64,000 nucleotides of DNA from Candidatus Omnitrophota bacterium (lineage in GTDB: Bacteria; Omnitrophota; Gorgyraeia; Gorgyraeales; Gorgyraeaceae), in assembly GCA_043814965.1 (NCBI GenBank), contig JBDRJN010000006.1, forward strand, positions 7,838 through 71,837, in the 5' to 3' direction. Made by a program: the position numbers and the translations under genes. The notes under the pieces were generated by a model. That model was not told where the DNA came from and made no database searches. It saw only the letters and a list, made by a program, of their open reading frames with translations. Shown piece after piece: positions 1 to 15,000 of the stretch (its first letter is position 1; every line of letters begins with the position of its first letter).

Positions 1-5
1 AGGCC

Positions 6-3000
6 GTGGAAAAATCAGACAGTTACTTTTCCATACTTGACGGCGGAGAAGAATATGATGATAAGGGAAGAATAACGCAAGATAATAAGATCATAAAATA
101 CGGAAACGGAAAGACGAAAAGTATAAACATAACGTATGTATATAATGGCAATAGCCAAAAAGCTGCCAGGATAATAGGAAATATGATCATCTCGCAGGAC
201 AAAGCAAAAAAGTCCATAGCCATAAGCGACAGGCCTCTGAGCGTAGCGTTCGGCAGAGACGGCAATATAGACTGGTCAACAGCGCGATATGTAGATAACG
301 ACGGCAATCTTACTGACGAAGCTCCTCCGACATCAATATCTGCTACCTTGTATAATAAGAAAGGCAAGCAGGATCTTCCCGAAGCCCCTGTCATAGGCGG
401 AAGCGTAGTTGTCCTGCCTGATAATCAGCGCGTTGTCAGTGAAGACAGCAGGGTATATGCGAATATTATTTCTTTTATCTCTGAAGCTGATAAGTGCAGG
501 GCCAATGATAGAGATAAGATCCTTCCTAATATCCACCAGATAATATCTACCAGGACCAATGTCCCAGCAGGAGAGAATACCTACACTACTACGATCACCT
601 ATACTATATATGACAATAAGGGCAATCCTCTGATAACCGGCAATAAGGATGCATGGAGCAATGCTTCGTGGGCCAGCGAATCAGACAATTATATATTTAA
701 TGGGGACGGGTATACGTATTATAGAAGCGCTTCTTTTATGAGTCCCGAAGATTTCTTAGCAGCCAATCCTGAAGCAACGAGTGGCCAGATAGAGGAAAAC
801 AGAGAAAAATGGGAGGCATTCAAGCAGTCTGAACACGAAGAAGTCTCTAATATGGACAATATAGGTGAAGTCATTATTAGAAAAGACGACCCAGGTAATT
901 TAATATATAGGAAGGTAGACCTTAAAGTGGGCAGTGATGCTGCTAAGTCTATCATACAGGAAGCAGGTAAGGCTGACCCTAAATTTGCAGATAATGTAAA
1001 AGGTGTATCTATCTATGTAGATGCGGAGAATAATATAACCTATCATATATCGGGTGAGAATGATGAGGTTATCGCAATGAGTGTAACGGAAAAGCAAGAA
1101 GATGAAAGCGTAAAGACAGGATGGAGTGACGGCAATAATACCTATATACTGAATGCTGAAAAACATGCTTATGAACTTACAAGGGTCAGTGTATATAACC
1201 CAGATCTACTGCCTAAAGGCGCGAATAAAAGCATAAAGAATTTTGCTGATAGTAACTGGGATAAGACACTCAGTACATTTAAATCTATCAATAAAGATGC
1301 TGCGCATGTCGACGCAGGCCAGATACAAAGGATCACGCTTGTAAAGGACGGAGAATCCTGGGTCGCCCAAGCTGACATCTCAGACGTTGACAACAAGATA
1401 CTGAATGGTTTAAACATAAAAGGCATAGAGTTGAATACGCAGAACATTGTGCGTGCTGTAATGTTTGTAAGTAAGGGCAGAGCAACATCCAATTTTATAG
1501 ATGCGGACGGAAGGATCCTCTATGTCGTGGAGCATAAAGGCGGTAAATATAATCTTATAAGAAGTGTATGTTATAATCCAGAGTTTGAAGGCATGTCAGA
1601 TAAAGCTACAGCTAGACAGAAAAAGGCTGCTCAGGAGAATTGGGATAATCTATTTACAGCTTATGTTGCCAAAAACCCGGGATTTGACGATGCCAAATCA
1701 GGTGACTTAACTGAGATAATGATAGTGAGGTCAGAGGATGGCGATTCATTTGACCTTATAGCAAGCCTGAAAGAAGGCAGTGATGGTTTTAATGCTTCTA
1801 TAGAGAAGTTTAAGAAAGTCGAGAGAATGTTCAGCGATGAGATCTCTGTACCTGATAAGCGCGAAATCAAGACTGTACAAATAAGAAAGACCCAAAAAGG
1901 CAAAAAGACAGATTATGCTTATATTTTCTTGGATGAAAAGGGCGATTTGATAGCAGCAGGCAATGAAAAATACTGGATGACCGCTGGCGCAGAGCATATA
2001 TATGAATACGATGAAACTGCTGAGAAAAAGTATAAACATATTGAGCAGGGTATCATGGATGAGAAGGATAAAGGGAAAAATCCTGAAAAGTGGAACGCCT
2101 TGGTGAATACTGCCATGAAATTCCTCCCAGAGCTCCAAGGCCATACAGCTAACGAGATAGAGCCGCAATTAAAAGAGATCAGATTTATCAGGATCAACGG
2201 AGAATTTTCTAGCTGCAGAGTGACTCTAAAGCAAGGCACTATAGCTGAGAAGATTATAAAGGGTTTTCCGTCTAACTTGACAGAAGGAAAGAAAAATAGC
2301 GTAAAATTCGTAGTCATTCATAGGACTTCGAAAGAAGGATCATTAGCTTATTACCTCTATAATAAGCTTGATAAAGCCCCTATAGGAGTCGAGAACCCTA
2401 ATAAGTGGATAGTAGGCAATAGATTTAACCTGAAAAATGGAAGCGAGGAACATAAAAAGCTAGTAGAGGCATCCAATAAGGATATAGATAATATAAACAA
2501 TTCCAACAAGAAGACGCCTTACGAAGTCTCTTTATCATCTTCCGGAGATAGAAATAAGACTATTCCTAACCTCAAGATAGATGAGGTTAGGATAGAGGGA
2601 GAGATTACAGCGGATAGCAGGGTGATCTATACAATTTATCATAATGATAGTAAGGTTATGGTTGGTTCTCCTGGAGGCCAGTGGAAGATAGGAGATGAGG
2701 CTTTTGTAAAGATAGGCCTATACCCTGAAGAATTCTTAAAGTCTAATCCTGACGCGACAGAAGATGAAATAATGCAAAACAAAACTAAAGGCGTAAAATG
2801 GCAGGATAGGGGCTTATATATAAAGAACTTAAAGGATGGAATAGGGCCGCAGATAAGCAATATGCTGGAAGCAGGCGCAATAGATGAGGAGCGTTTAAAC
2901 TCATTAGGGATCCAGATCAAGAAAGGTGATAAAGATAAGCTAATAGCAGTTAAGTATAAAGAAGGCAGTTGGATCTATCTTGACGATAATGCGTCTCAGT

Positions 3001-6000
3001 TTACTGTCTTCCAGGGTTCAGGTGATGACAAGGCAGAATATGAAATAGATGTTTTAGGCAAGCTGCAGGAAATATTATTTGCAGGCGATATTGAGATGAG
3101 GATGAGATCAGAAAATCTCAAGAAGTATTTTAATAGGTTGGCTGAAATGATCCCTGAATCCGACAAGGATAAAGTCTCTACAGATAATATAGAGATATGC
3201 AAAAGTCATAGCACTACGGTCATTCGTTTTAAACCAAAAGGGAAAGACTGGATACAGCTTACATCGAACCCTGATTTAAAACCTATAGAGTTACTTTCTT
3301 ATCTGGAGAGCATGACTGAGGCAAGAGGAGAATTTTTAATGAACCTACTTGGATTTTTAGTAAAAAAATCCCCGGATGCCTTGCCTGAAGACGTGAAACT
3401 CGTAAAGAAAAATAATACTACGCATATCTATTATAAAGGCATAGACCTTACAGATCCGAAAATAGAACCTACGTTATTACTCTCTTGTTTGGACAGGATA
3501 TTTTTTGGAAATAGATTGGAGAGCTTTTTACCTACTGTAGATGGCAACATAACTGAAAATGAAAAGATACTGCGCATTGACCATGTCCTTCGTTTAGAAG
3601 AAATGACCGAAAAGACAATCCTTGACTCCAAAGACTTCAAAATTGTCTGGCTACGAGGGGATACTAAAGAGACCAAAACAAATGGAAAATGGTACGTTGT
3701 TCCTAAAGGATCTATCTTTTCAGGATCAACTATAACTTTTACCAAATATAAATTAATGCGCGATGAAGAAGTCCCAATCGAGGTCAATTATAATGTAAAT
3801 GATAAAAAACAATATAAATTAGGCGATAAGGTAGTAGACGGAAAAGGAACTTGCTATACTTGTGTTCTTGGCCGAGACAAAAAGAGATACTGGGCTAAGA
3901 CAGATGAAATAGAGAGTGCAACTAAATGGGTAACAAAGAAGATCCTGAATAGTTCAGCGTATGAGATCATTGGCTTAGGAGATAGGGCTTTAATACCAGA
4001 AAAACTTTATGAAAAGATAACTTCTATTAATTGGGGAACACACCTTGATAAAGCAGAATGCCAGGAAGAACAGATAGAGATGTTTGAGGCAATCATAGAG
4101 ATAGTAAAGGAAAAATATGAAGATGCCAAGGCAGCAGCCTATAGGAGCGGAGCAAGTGTAACTTCAGGAGGCTATGTAAGTACAGATCCTGTGGCAAGAA
4201 GAAAAGTAGAAAGAGTTAAAAATTTACTTAATACTTTAACTGGCAGATTAGAACAGATGAAAGGCAGGGAATGGGATGCAAAGAGTAAAAAATGGATAAG
4301 ACGTAAAGATAAAAAATGGCTGCGCTGGGGCGAAGGAAATATAGGATATCAGACCACAACAACCCTGGTCCCGCATCCAGACAAGACTTTGAAAGCTGTA
4401 CGAAAAACCCTAACAGATGAAGAGCTTTTAAGGGAAATAAACGAGGTGACCGAGAATGATGCAGCTGAAGTCCACGGTGAGGGACTTGAGGCTTATGAAG
4501 AATATGTAGTTAAAGGAGTAGATAAGATAAGAGAGGATCTGAACAAGTTGCGTGAATTAAAGAAGGATAATTATAATAAAGGCAAGGCTAAAAAAGAAGC
4601 GCTTGATATGGCTGGCGCTATAGAGGGAGATTTTCAGAACATTAAGACAGCAGGCGCATTGATATATGCTTCCTGTATGAAATATGCGAACATAGAAAGT
4701 ACTTTGACGCAAAACCAGACTATTACCCAGAAGCTGGCAGGAACAGACGCAGGGCTACTTTTTAATTATGGGAAGAAACAGATACAAAGATTAAGAGCTA
4801 TTCAGAAAAATTTAAGAAAATGTATTATATCAATAAAATTAGGCAACATAAATGACGCGTCAGTCCTATATAACAGGACAGTTGGTTTGAACGATGCAAA
4901 CCTTAAAGAGGCGATGAAGGATTTTAGAGCCGCTAAGTTTGTGGCAGGCCTGGTTGACATGGTTATTGAATGGGCTGTTATTGCGCTTTTTACTTGGGGT
5001 GTTGGCAGCGCTCTTAACGGAGTTAAAGCAGCCTTTACAATAGCTGGCAGAAGCCTTGAGAGAACAGGAGAGATCTTAGCGAGATTAAATAAATTAATGC
5101 AGTTAAAGAAGATCGATGCTGCCAGGAAGATAGAGATACTGGCAAAGATCGGTATCAAAGGCAGGCATCTATGGAGATGGAATGCCCTGAATACATTGCT
5201 GGGTTATGGCGGCAGGCTAGGCCTTGTGAATTTCATGAAGACCAGCCTTAAAGCCGCAGTACATTTAGGCGGATTTAACGCAACGCTTGGAGCCATAGTC
5301 ATGCCGCTCATGTTTGGCGCAGGAGACCCGAATGACCCTGGTAGAAGGCATTTACTTCTTTTTTCAGAAGGATTCACCATGGAGGCGCTCCTTGAATACT
5401 TAGAATTCGTAAAAGGCGGAGTACAGTTTGCATTAACAGCTGCTCCGTTCTTTGGGATGGCAGTCCCGGGCGTTGGTATCGGGCTTGGTATAAGGGGTAT
5501 AACCAGAAAGGTAGCTGGCCTCTTAAAAGATAAAATGATAAGATTTTCTTCATGGGTTGGCCGCGCAGGAGATAGGTTGACAAAGATAGTCCTGGCGTTT
5601 AGTGAAGAGGGTGGAGTTGTAAATTTTGTAAGCAAAGGATTTTCACCTGATAAAAGAGGTTATTTGATGGCAGCTCAAGGTACAGGAGGTTTTGCCGGTT
5701 TTATCGGAAAACAAGCTCATATGGTAGATAGCGTATGGACCTTTCATCTTGCTACCCAGCTGGGAGAAACGCTTGGCAGGTTGACCGGTAATGAAACGTT
5801 TGCAAAATTCCTGGGAGCGATCAGCATGTTCCTCGTCCCTACAAGAGTAGCTATGCATAGCGGAGGCATGATCGGTTTCAGGGACGTAAATGGCAAGACC
5901 ATTAAATTTGACAAGATCAAGGATATATCAAAGAGAATAGAAACATCACGCGAACTATTAAAAGCACAGCAAGAAGGCAAGCTGGAAGGCGTTAGCGCCA

Positions 6001-9000
6001 CAGGTAACAGGATGAAGGTTGACGCAAAGGCTGTAAGGGAGCTTATCAATATACATAAAGACGCTACATTAAATAGAGAGGTCGAGCTAAAGACAGGCAA
6101 AAAGATCGACAAGGTAACTGAGGCAGAAAAATTAGAAGCTTTAAATGATATAGCAAAAGACATTGAATCCGAAAATAGGGAAAATTCCCTGGAGCTCTGG
6201 CGTATGGATAAAAATGGCGGTTTAAGATCAATAGATATAAATAGACGCAGTGTTGATATGAGGAACAGGGGATGGACTGCTGAATATATCAATGGCATGG
6301 AGGTCATGGCCAGGAATACGAACTATTTATCTGATGTTGACTTTGCAAAAGAGATCACCATGGAATGGAAGAGCGAATATAATATCTCCAGGCTGGAAAG
6401 TTTCAATTTAAATGATATAGGAATAGCTATTGGAAAAGGCAAGAGTACAGTAGAACTATCTAATGGTGAAAAGATAGAGCTGTCCGCAGGGTTTAAAGAT
6501 GCAGTCAGGGAAAAGATCACTAATGAAAAATGTGAAAATGCATTATTGGAGAGTGTATATGGTAAAGAAAAAGCGCAGGAATTAATAAAAGACCCTTTAA
6601 AAAGAAGCAGCGCATTGCTTGAGCTGTCAAGTAAGAGCCCTGAACTTTTATTGGCAAGCGTAGATAGTGAAGGAAACGTAAAGACAGTGATAGAGTTGGG
6701 GACAATGAAAAAAGGTTTTAAGAAAAGCTACTATAATAATAGATATAGTGCTCTTAGAGAGACTAATTCACCAGCTTCTTTAGCCGGACTTCAAGGAAAA
6801 TCTGAAATAAGCATCTTTATAAAGAAAAGCGCTGTGGGTGAATTAAAGTTATTAAATGAAAGAGTGGCGGATCTAAAAGATAATGTAGGGTCAGCTCAGG
6901 AACAATTAAATACCAGCAGGCGAGCTGAAGCAGGTAACGGCGTGACCCGTACAGGCATAGAGCTTGAGATACAAGTAAGACAGGCAGAGCTTAATGTTGC
7001 AGAGAAGGCATTGGATGTTGCTAGATTAGAAAGGATGGCTTCAAACCGCAGTGAAAAATTGATTGAAGCCAGGAATGTATTTAATGATGCTGTAAGAAAT
7101 TTATCCAGTGCTAAGAATATACAGAGTAACTATGCACATAGGTTTTTAAAGAAATCTTTAAGAGGGGGGAAACCTTGGACTAAAGAGGGCAGGGCTAAAC
7201 GTAGGGAGACTAAACTTTTAGGCGAGGCAGAGGGAGCTCAATCGGCACAAGAAGGGATGGCAGAACTTAAAAAAGATACCTCAAAAAAAGAATTCGTAAA
7301 ATGGCTTAAGAAAGAAAATATCCTTGATCCAGAGTCAAGTCCGGGCGAGGGAATAATAAAAGCTGAAATAGAAAAATGGACTAAGAGGGCCAATGAAACA
7401 AAAAAGGTTTTGAAAGACCCAGAGGCTATAAAGCTCCTAGAGAAAGTAAAATCTGCCAATGCAGAGATCACTGAAAAGATGAAGGGGATAGAGTTCGATT
7501 CATTTAGAGAACCAGCCAAAGAGATAGAGAATCTAAAGGATCAAATAAAGAAACTGGAAAAATCCCCATCTAAGAATTCAAAAGAGCTATTGGCCAAAAA
7601 GAAAGAATTGGTGGAATCAAAACAGAAGGCATTAGACGATGCCATAGGTGTTAAGGTCGCAGAGCTCCATAAAAATATTTTAGAATATAAGAAAAGCAAG
7701 GGTAAAGACTTTTCTGCTGCTGATGCTTATGCATATGCGGATATCGTATTTACAAAACTTGCAGGGATAAATGCAAAAGGCAGTGCATACAGCTTATTCG
7801 GCAGTCAAAGGATGATGCTGGCTGAGTTTTTCGCTGGAAGAAATGCAGGGGTAAGGGCAGGCGGAGGAAAGACTATAACCTTTGTATTGGATCTGGGAGT
7901 GAACAAGCTTTTACTCGGTAAAGAGTTTCAGGGAGAACTTTTATTGGAGAATATAGGTGCAGCCAGAAAATATATATCAGAGACTTTTGGAGAAAATGGA
8001 GTGAACCATGGAAAATTAGCAAAGGCATTTGGTATAGAACTGGTCAATGGCGTGGAGTTATATAAGCAGGAAGGCGGGACAGCGAAATTAATAGAGGCCT
8101 ATAAAAATACCGAAAAAGTCGTACTGATGGAAGCAACTACGAGGGGCCATCTCATGAACCAGGCAGTTACAAATGTAGAGTTGAGGGTGGCTTTAGCCAG
8201 CTCTAATGTTATAAGAGCGGATGAAGTGCATATACAAGTTACTTCAAGGACAGCATCAATAATAGGTAATAATACAATAGGCCCTTCTTCCACGCAGGTG
8301 GATCGCATTGAGAGGCTTTGGAATGAGATTGAAAAAAGCGGCATAACTGAGTCAACCATAAGTCTATCTAAATTTGATAAGAGCGTAGGAGAGATGAATA
8401 ATAGCGGAGGAAAACTTCATTTTGCCAAACTTGGCAGTGAGATAAAAATAAATGAAGCTGCCCATAAATATTTTACTGAGCGTGGTTATAAGACAGGAGA
8501 GCTTCAATCAGTACTTAGGGCCAGGGTTGATGTTGAAGGAAGGTCAGGTTCATATGCAATAACCAAAGACGGAAAGATAGCTCCTGTCAGCCAGTACGGA
8601 GAGGTGGAAGTAAGCCAGATCATGAAAGACGTGAACTACCAGCTGGCGATTGCAAAGAAACATGGCTTGAACGCCTATACTTCTGTAAGGCAGAGTACGA
8701 CTAGCATGCAGACATCTCTATCATATATTTTTGGAAATAAATATGCAAGTATCTGCGGCGCTTCAGCTACAACATCCGGCATAGAGGCGCTTATGCATAG
8801 TAAGATAGGTTCTAAAACAACAGATATAAGCGTTACCAAACTGGACCTATCCTTGTATAATACTGCAAAGACAGGCACAGAAAATGTCTATGGCGATGTT
8901 AAGGCATCATGGAAGAAGTCACTTCAGGCAAAGACAGAGAATGCTTCAAGAAATCTGAAGAATGCTAAAGAAAGGTTAGAGAGCGCAGAAAAAGAACTAG

Positions 9001-12000
9001 AGGCCAATCCAAAAAATAGATCATTAGAGACTAAGATAGAGAACTGGAAGAGGAAGGTTAATGAATTAGAGCAGATGCAAGAAGGCGGAGGCATCTTGAT
9101 AGCTACGAGAGACGTGGCAGGAATAGATCAGGCAAAACTAAAGGAGATAGCCAAAGAGCTGGGCATAGAAGTTGATTTTGAGATCGTAGACGGTAAATTT
9201 GAGGGAGATATGGTAAATGTGACTTCATCTGCCGGTAAGCTCGGGAAGGTGACGATTGTAAATGAAAGAGGAATGACAGGATGTAATTATAAAGGTAGAA
9301 TTGATTTATTTGTAATAGGGGCAGAGAGCATGCCTTCCACTTTATTTGCACAGCTTACACACAGGACCGGGCGAGGCGGAGCGATCACAACGCGTCATTT
9401 ATACATTGAGAGTAAGGCTATAACAGATAACCTGTCTTATGCAAAGACTAAAGAGGCTGAACTGCGCAGTGAAAATATATGGGGCAAAGAAGAAACTAAT
9501 AGTTTCTTAGGGGAAATGGAACGGGGCTTTGATTTTAACTCTTCTAAGGGAGTCAAGGATGCGTTAAAGCGTAATGCTGATTTCTTAGAAGCAATAGAGG
9601 TATCTGAATCAGTGAAGTTCTCTGCGCAGGATATTGCCAGGAACAAATTTGTCATAGAACCTTTAAAGAGGCTCTTGGAAGATCCAAAGATACAGGGCAC
9701 ATCTGCAGAAAAGGTTATAAAGAGAAAATTAGAAGAGGCCTTGAACCAGTCATCTCCATATGCGGATATACTGTTGCAGAAATCTTCTATTCAGGGCAGA
9801 GAGGCCTATACTGAGAATACAGTTAGATCAAGTATAAGAGAAGCTTATGAAGTAATGAGAGATATAGAGGCTAGCGTATCAGGATATGCCAAGACAAAGG
9901 TAGCATCTAACCTTAGCCAAGTCGTTAAATTTTCTAAGCAGGCAAAGGACTTTAGCAGAGTAGAGGCAATAAGTGATAAATCGCTTATGGAGGCGAAGAA
10001 CTTAAAAGAGGTAGCAGCTATTATAAAAGGCCTGTCAGACAAGATATTATCGACTGAAGGAAAGGGCAGCAAGGCCCCTGAAGTAGTAGAGGTCAGAGAA
10101 GCAGAAAAGAGCGTTGAAAAAGCAGTATTAGAGTTAAATCCTAATGCAACTATTGATAGAACAAAACTCAATGAAGCAGCTGGCGCAGTAGCTGAGGTCA
10201 ATAAGACCAGAGGTTCACCATTTACAGCCATACCAGCCTATAGCTCATTCTACGCAACACAGGTAAATAGCTTTATGGCTGATGATACAAAGGAGAACAA
10301 AGTCTACGCAAAAGTGCAGGATATAGCAGCTCAGGTAAATACCCAAGCATACCAGAACTCCTCAGATCAACAAAAAGCCAATATACTCCTAAATATAGTA
10401 CAGGGTGTGAATGAAAAGACAGCAAACCTTGCCCTCGCATACGTGAACCCAGAACTCAATCTAAATACAGTACAAAACTACGCTGTAGAAACTATAGGAG
10501 AGATAACAGATGCTATCATAGATGCTTCACTTGAGAGTGATATTGTTACGCTATCAGGCGATGTGGTAGGCGCTGGCAATGGAATAGGAGTGATTCCCGG
10601 AGGAGTCAGCGGAACAGGCAGGCTCAAAGACCTTATAGGATTTGAAGTAGCTAGCATGGAAGCTGAATTATTACAAGGCAGGCTAGAGACCACTGAAGCT
10701 GAAATAGACGCAGCTTATAGCCAAGATGTTAATGATAAATTAGGTGAGATCATAGAACAGGCAGAGGCTACAAAAACCATGGAAATCGGGGATGCATTTG
10801 ATGAATATGAAGCAACTCTTGACATGGAGATCGTAAAGGGCCAGATCGCAATGGATCTGGAGAAGCAAGATAATAAAGAGCTAGCGTTGAAGAGAGAAGA
10901 CTTGGCCGCAGCCCAGATAGAGCAAGATGAAATATCAGCCCAGCAGGAGTTTGATACTGAAATAACCCAGTCTATGGATGCAGTGGAAGAGACAGTTACG
11001 CGTATAGAAGATATAAAGGCTGAAGAGACAAGGCAGGAGATAAGATCAAGACAAGAAGAAAAGGACCTTAATTCTATAAAGACGCTTATAACAGACGCTA
11101 CGAGTGAAAAAGATCATACTGTTGCGCAGGCAAGGCTCACATTTACAGAACAGGCTATAAAGGCAAGGCTTTCCTCAGGGGATATTTCAGATAATGCAAG
11201 GGCTCAGTTAAATGCGCAGCTAGTAGTTGTAGGTAGCGCAAAGGAAGAGATAGCTTCCCTACAAGCTGAAGAAGAAGCGGCTAAAAAAGAGGAAGTAAGG
11301 GGCATTACTAATATCCTAGGTAATGTAATAAATAATACTATAAATATCATAAATAGTTCAGTAAAGAGATCGCAGGAGGCAAAAAGCCGCGAGGAATATG
11401 TGAATACTTATTCACATATAATAGATGAGGTAGTAAAGCTTTCAAACGGAGGCGATACTAACAATGAGGCTACCTTAGCATTGTTTAATATAATATCAAA
11501 TGGTATCTCTGCTAGATTGGAAGACCTGTCTTTTACTCCTGAGCAGAGACAGGACTTAATGAACCTGGAATCAAAGGTCCAGCTTGCAACGCGATCTATC
11601 AATGAAAACGCCATTAGATGGCAAGGCGTAAGAGAAGAGACGCATGACAGGTTTATATCAGGCCTGCAGGATACTATAAGGAGCATATCTTCTTACAGGG
11701 ACTTTGTGCTCGCTCAGCCTATAATAATGGCCACAAGAAATGCTATCAATATAAGAATTGCATCAAGCGATATCCCTGGAACTGAGAAGAGCCAGCTCAA
11801 TAATTACCTGGTGCTTTTGGATAGCCTGGAATCCCAGATGACCACAGAAGAAAAACTGAGGCAGATCAAGGTTAGAGAGCACAATGAATTTGCAGGGAAT
11901 ATGAAGGGCCTGATAAATCAAGCCTCTACAGCTTTTGCAAAGGGAGAAGAGGCTGTAGGCAATGCAATGTTCACAATGGCGCGCCAGAGCATCAACACAA

Positions 12001-15000
12001 GGCTTTCTTCTCCTACTCTTTCAAATTCAAGCGAACAAAGGGCTGAATTAAGAGGCCTCCTGAGCTTGACAGGCGGCGTACAGGAAGAGATAGAGATAGA
12101 AGAAACCGTTGTTCGAGCTGAAGAAACCGCCACAGCTCAAGATATATTTACACAAAATAAAGTAGTAGTGTTCAATAAAAATACCAATGAGTTTTCTACA
12201 GAGAGAGTGATCAAATTAAGCTCACTTCCAATGCCTGAAATAAGAGAGGCTTTTGCTCAAGCATTGTGGAATCTAGCTAAAAACGCGCCTTCTCATAAAA
12301 TGACATTAGCGAATTATGCGAGTTTCATCACAGGAGACAGGTTAGGCAATAAAGATATATATGCAGTAATAGATGATAAAAACAATGCATTGGCTATTCA
12401 GATAGTTGACTTTGATCCCAGCGATAAGACACAAGTTAGTTTATCTACCTGGATCAGCGCAGATAATATAAGTTTTGCAGGGAATCAGGTGCTTTCCTAT
12501 GCTGTAAACGACCTTTTGGATAAAGGAGTGGCTCAACTTGATTCAAAAGGCGTTTCATATACATCCAGGGTTAGAAATGCATTGCCTTCTGGTATAAACA
12601 ATGTCTCAGAGATGAGGAATCTTGTAAATGAAAACGCAGTAAATTTAGTAACTTCTTTGACAGGCGCAAGCATTAATAATCCTTCAGCAGGCTTAGTATT
12701 GCAGGAAATCACAGGTGTAAGACCTGATGTGTCTACAGAGACAGCTGTATTGGACGATGTAATTGAAAGCGTAGAGGTAAAGATAGAAGATACCTCAGTA
12801 GTAGTGGCAAGTAATGATGCCCTGGAAAATATCATAGATGAATTGGGCTATTCTGCATCAGCTGATGCGATTGTAACAGTACTCACTCCTTATATAAATA
12901 AAGGTACATTTACAGAGAATTTCTTTAAGAATGCCATAACTAACCTCATGCAGCCGATGGATTCAACAGGTATTAACTATACAAACTTAAATGTAGACGA
13001 AAGGGCTGTAATAGCAGGAGTTTTGCCTAGGATCACTTATCAGGATGTAGACGCGGATGGATATATAAATATAACAGTAAAAAGCATTGGCATTGGAGGG
13101 GGGCAAGAGCTTTTCCAAACAGCTGAGTTACTGGTAAACCACCTGGAAGGCCTTGGGATCGGAGAATCAGTCAAAGGAGGCAAGATCAAGATAAGGATCA
13201 GCCTTAATGGATTTGATTATAATCTCCAAGAGATCTCGGGCGCAAAGGAGAATATAGATCAGTTTATCAGCGGACTTCCAGATGTTTGGAAAAGCTCGAT
13301 TGAAACCCATTATACATATATAGATATAAATGACCCATCGACCTATGATGTCATGCTCGATGGCAAGTCAGATCTCTTATTTAATAAGAATACATGGCAT
13401 GCTAGTAACTATAACTGGGATTCTTATAGAGCAAGTAATTTCATAGATCTATTAGAAAGCAATGTTAAAGATGGCGGGTTCGTAAGTATGACCAATCCAT
13501 ATAAACCAGGTACTCCTTTATATGGTTCATTCAGTGATATAGCAGCTCCTTTTAATAGAAGGGCTACAGACTTTAGTTCTCCTTTGACATCGATCTTAAT
13601 GCCTGAAAGGACAGCTACCAGCCTAGAACAGCAAGATATAGAAGTTGCCAGCATGGAGGTTGAACTCGCAGAGTCAAAACAAGATGATATAGACAAAGCC
13701 TGGGATGAAAATACGAGTTATGAGGTTGTAGCAAGTAATATGGGCATGGTAAATAAGGATGAAAAAACTAGCCAAGAAAATGCAGTTTGGGAGCAAAAAG
13801 AAGCGCAATTTAAACTAACAGTTGATCTCGAAACAGCTAAGATGGAAACTGAAGAATTCAACGCCCAGGAAGAAATGGACATAGATAGGCTGGAAAGAGA
13901 TCATGCATCTAGCGCCAGAGAAGAAGAAATCACAGTAGAAGAGTATTTACAAGGGTTACAGAGTGAATTAGATGAAGAAAGAGCCCAATTGGACTATGAA
14001 GAGACATTGGCTCTACAGGATGAAGATTCAAAAGCTGGTGTACAGGAGATCATATCAGCAATAGCAGAGGATATCATAGCACACGACACAGAAGCAGCAT
14101 TAAAAAGAGAACAAGAAGATATAGCAAAGGCAAGGAGAGGTAAGGGAACAGCCAAGAGATCTTCCAAAGGCAAAAAGACATCCGAAGAAGGCGCTGAAGA
14201 GGTAATAGAAAAGACCGAGTACGCGGCTCTTGAAGCTACAGCGCCTCAATCTGATAAAGGCGGAGAGCCTCCTGTCGTAGGCGGAGAGGGCAAAGTAGAT
14301 TCTCAAGAAAAGCCGTCATCTCGTTTTCTGGCTGTAGGCGGAGAATATGCCAAGAATTACAGGCAAGCTGTAAATAATATACCTAACAGTAAATTGAGAA
14401 AAGCAGTGCAGTCAGGCATACAGATGGTATCTTACCATGCTAATAGCCCAATATATAAAGAACAATCTACTGATAAAGAAAGGGCAGTTACTTTGTCAGA
14501 GGCATTGGATGAGATACTTAATGAGCACTATGGAGTTACTGATCTTGAACGCCAAGATGCCGAAGATCGCATATTGAAATACATAAACCCGGAGCTGGGA
14601 TCCAAGGATCTGGAAAATACCATAGGCGAGATCTTTGCAGAAGAGAAAGTAAACACTGAAAAAAGCATCAAAGGCGCCCTAAAGGCATTGAATTCTACCA
14701 AGGTTATAGATAAAAAGAAACTAGAGGCTGCTTCTCAGGCAGTGTTAGAAGCTAATATAACAGGAAATTATATCGCAGGAGTAGAATATTTAGAGCTTTA
14801 CCAAGAATACATAGATTCTATAGAAAATAATGATCTATTAAAAGAGATAGTCAACCAAGGCGCTAGTAACCTTATATATCAAGTAGCAAATTCAAACTAT
14901 GGAGCATTGGATGACCAGGAAAAAAGGATCGTAATAATAGGCGCGGTAGATGAAGTGCTTAATCAATACGAAAACCCGCTACCGACTTTTGTTACTGTAG

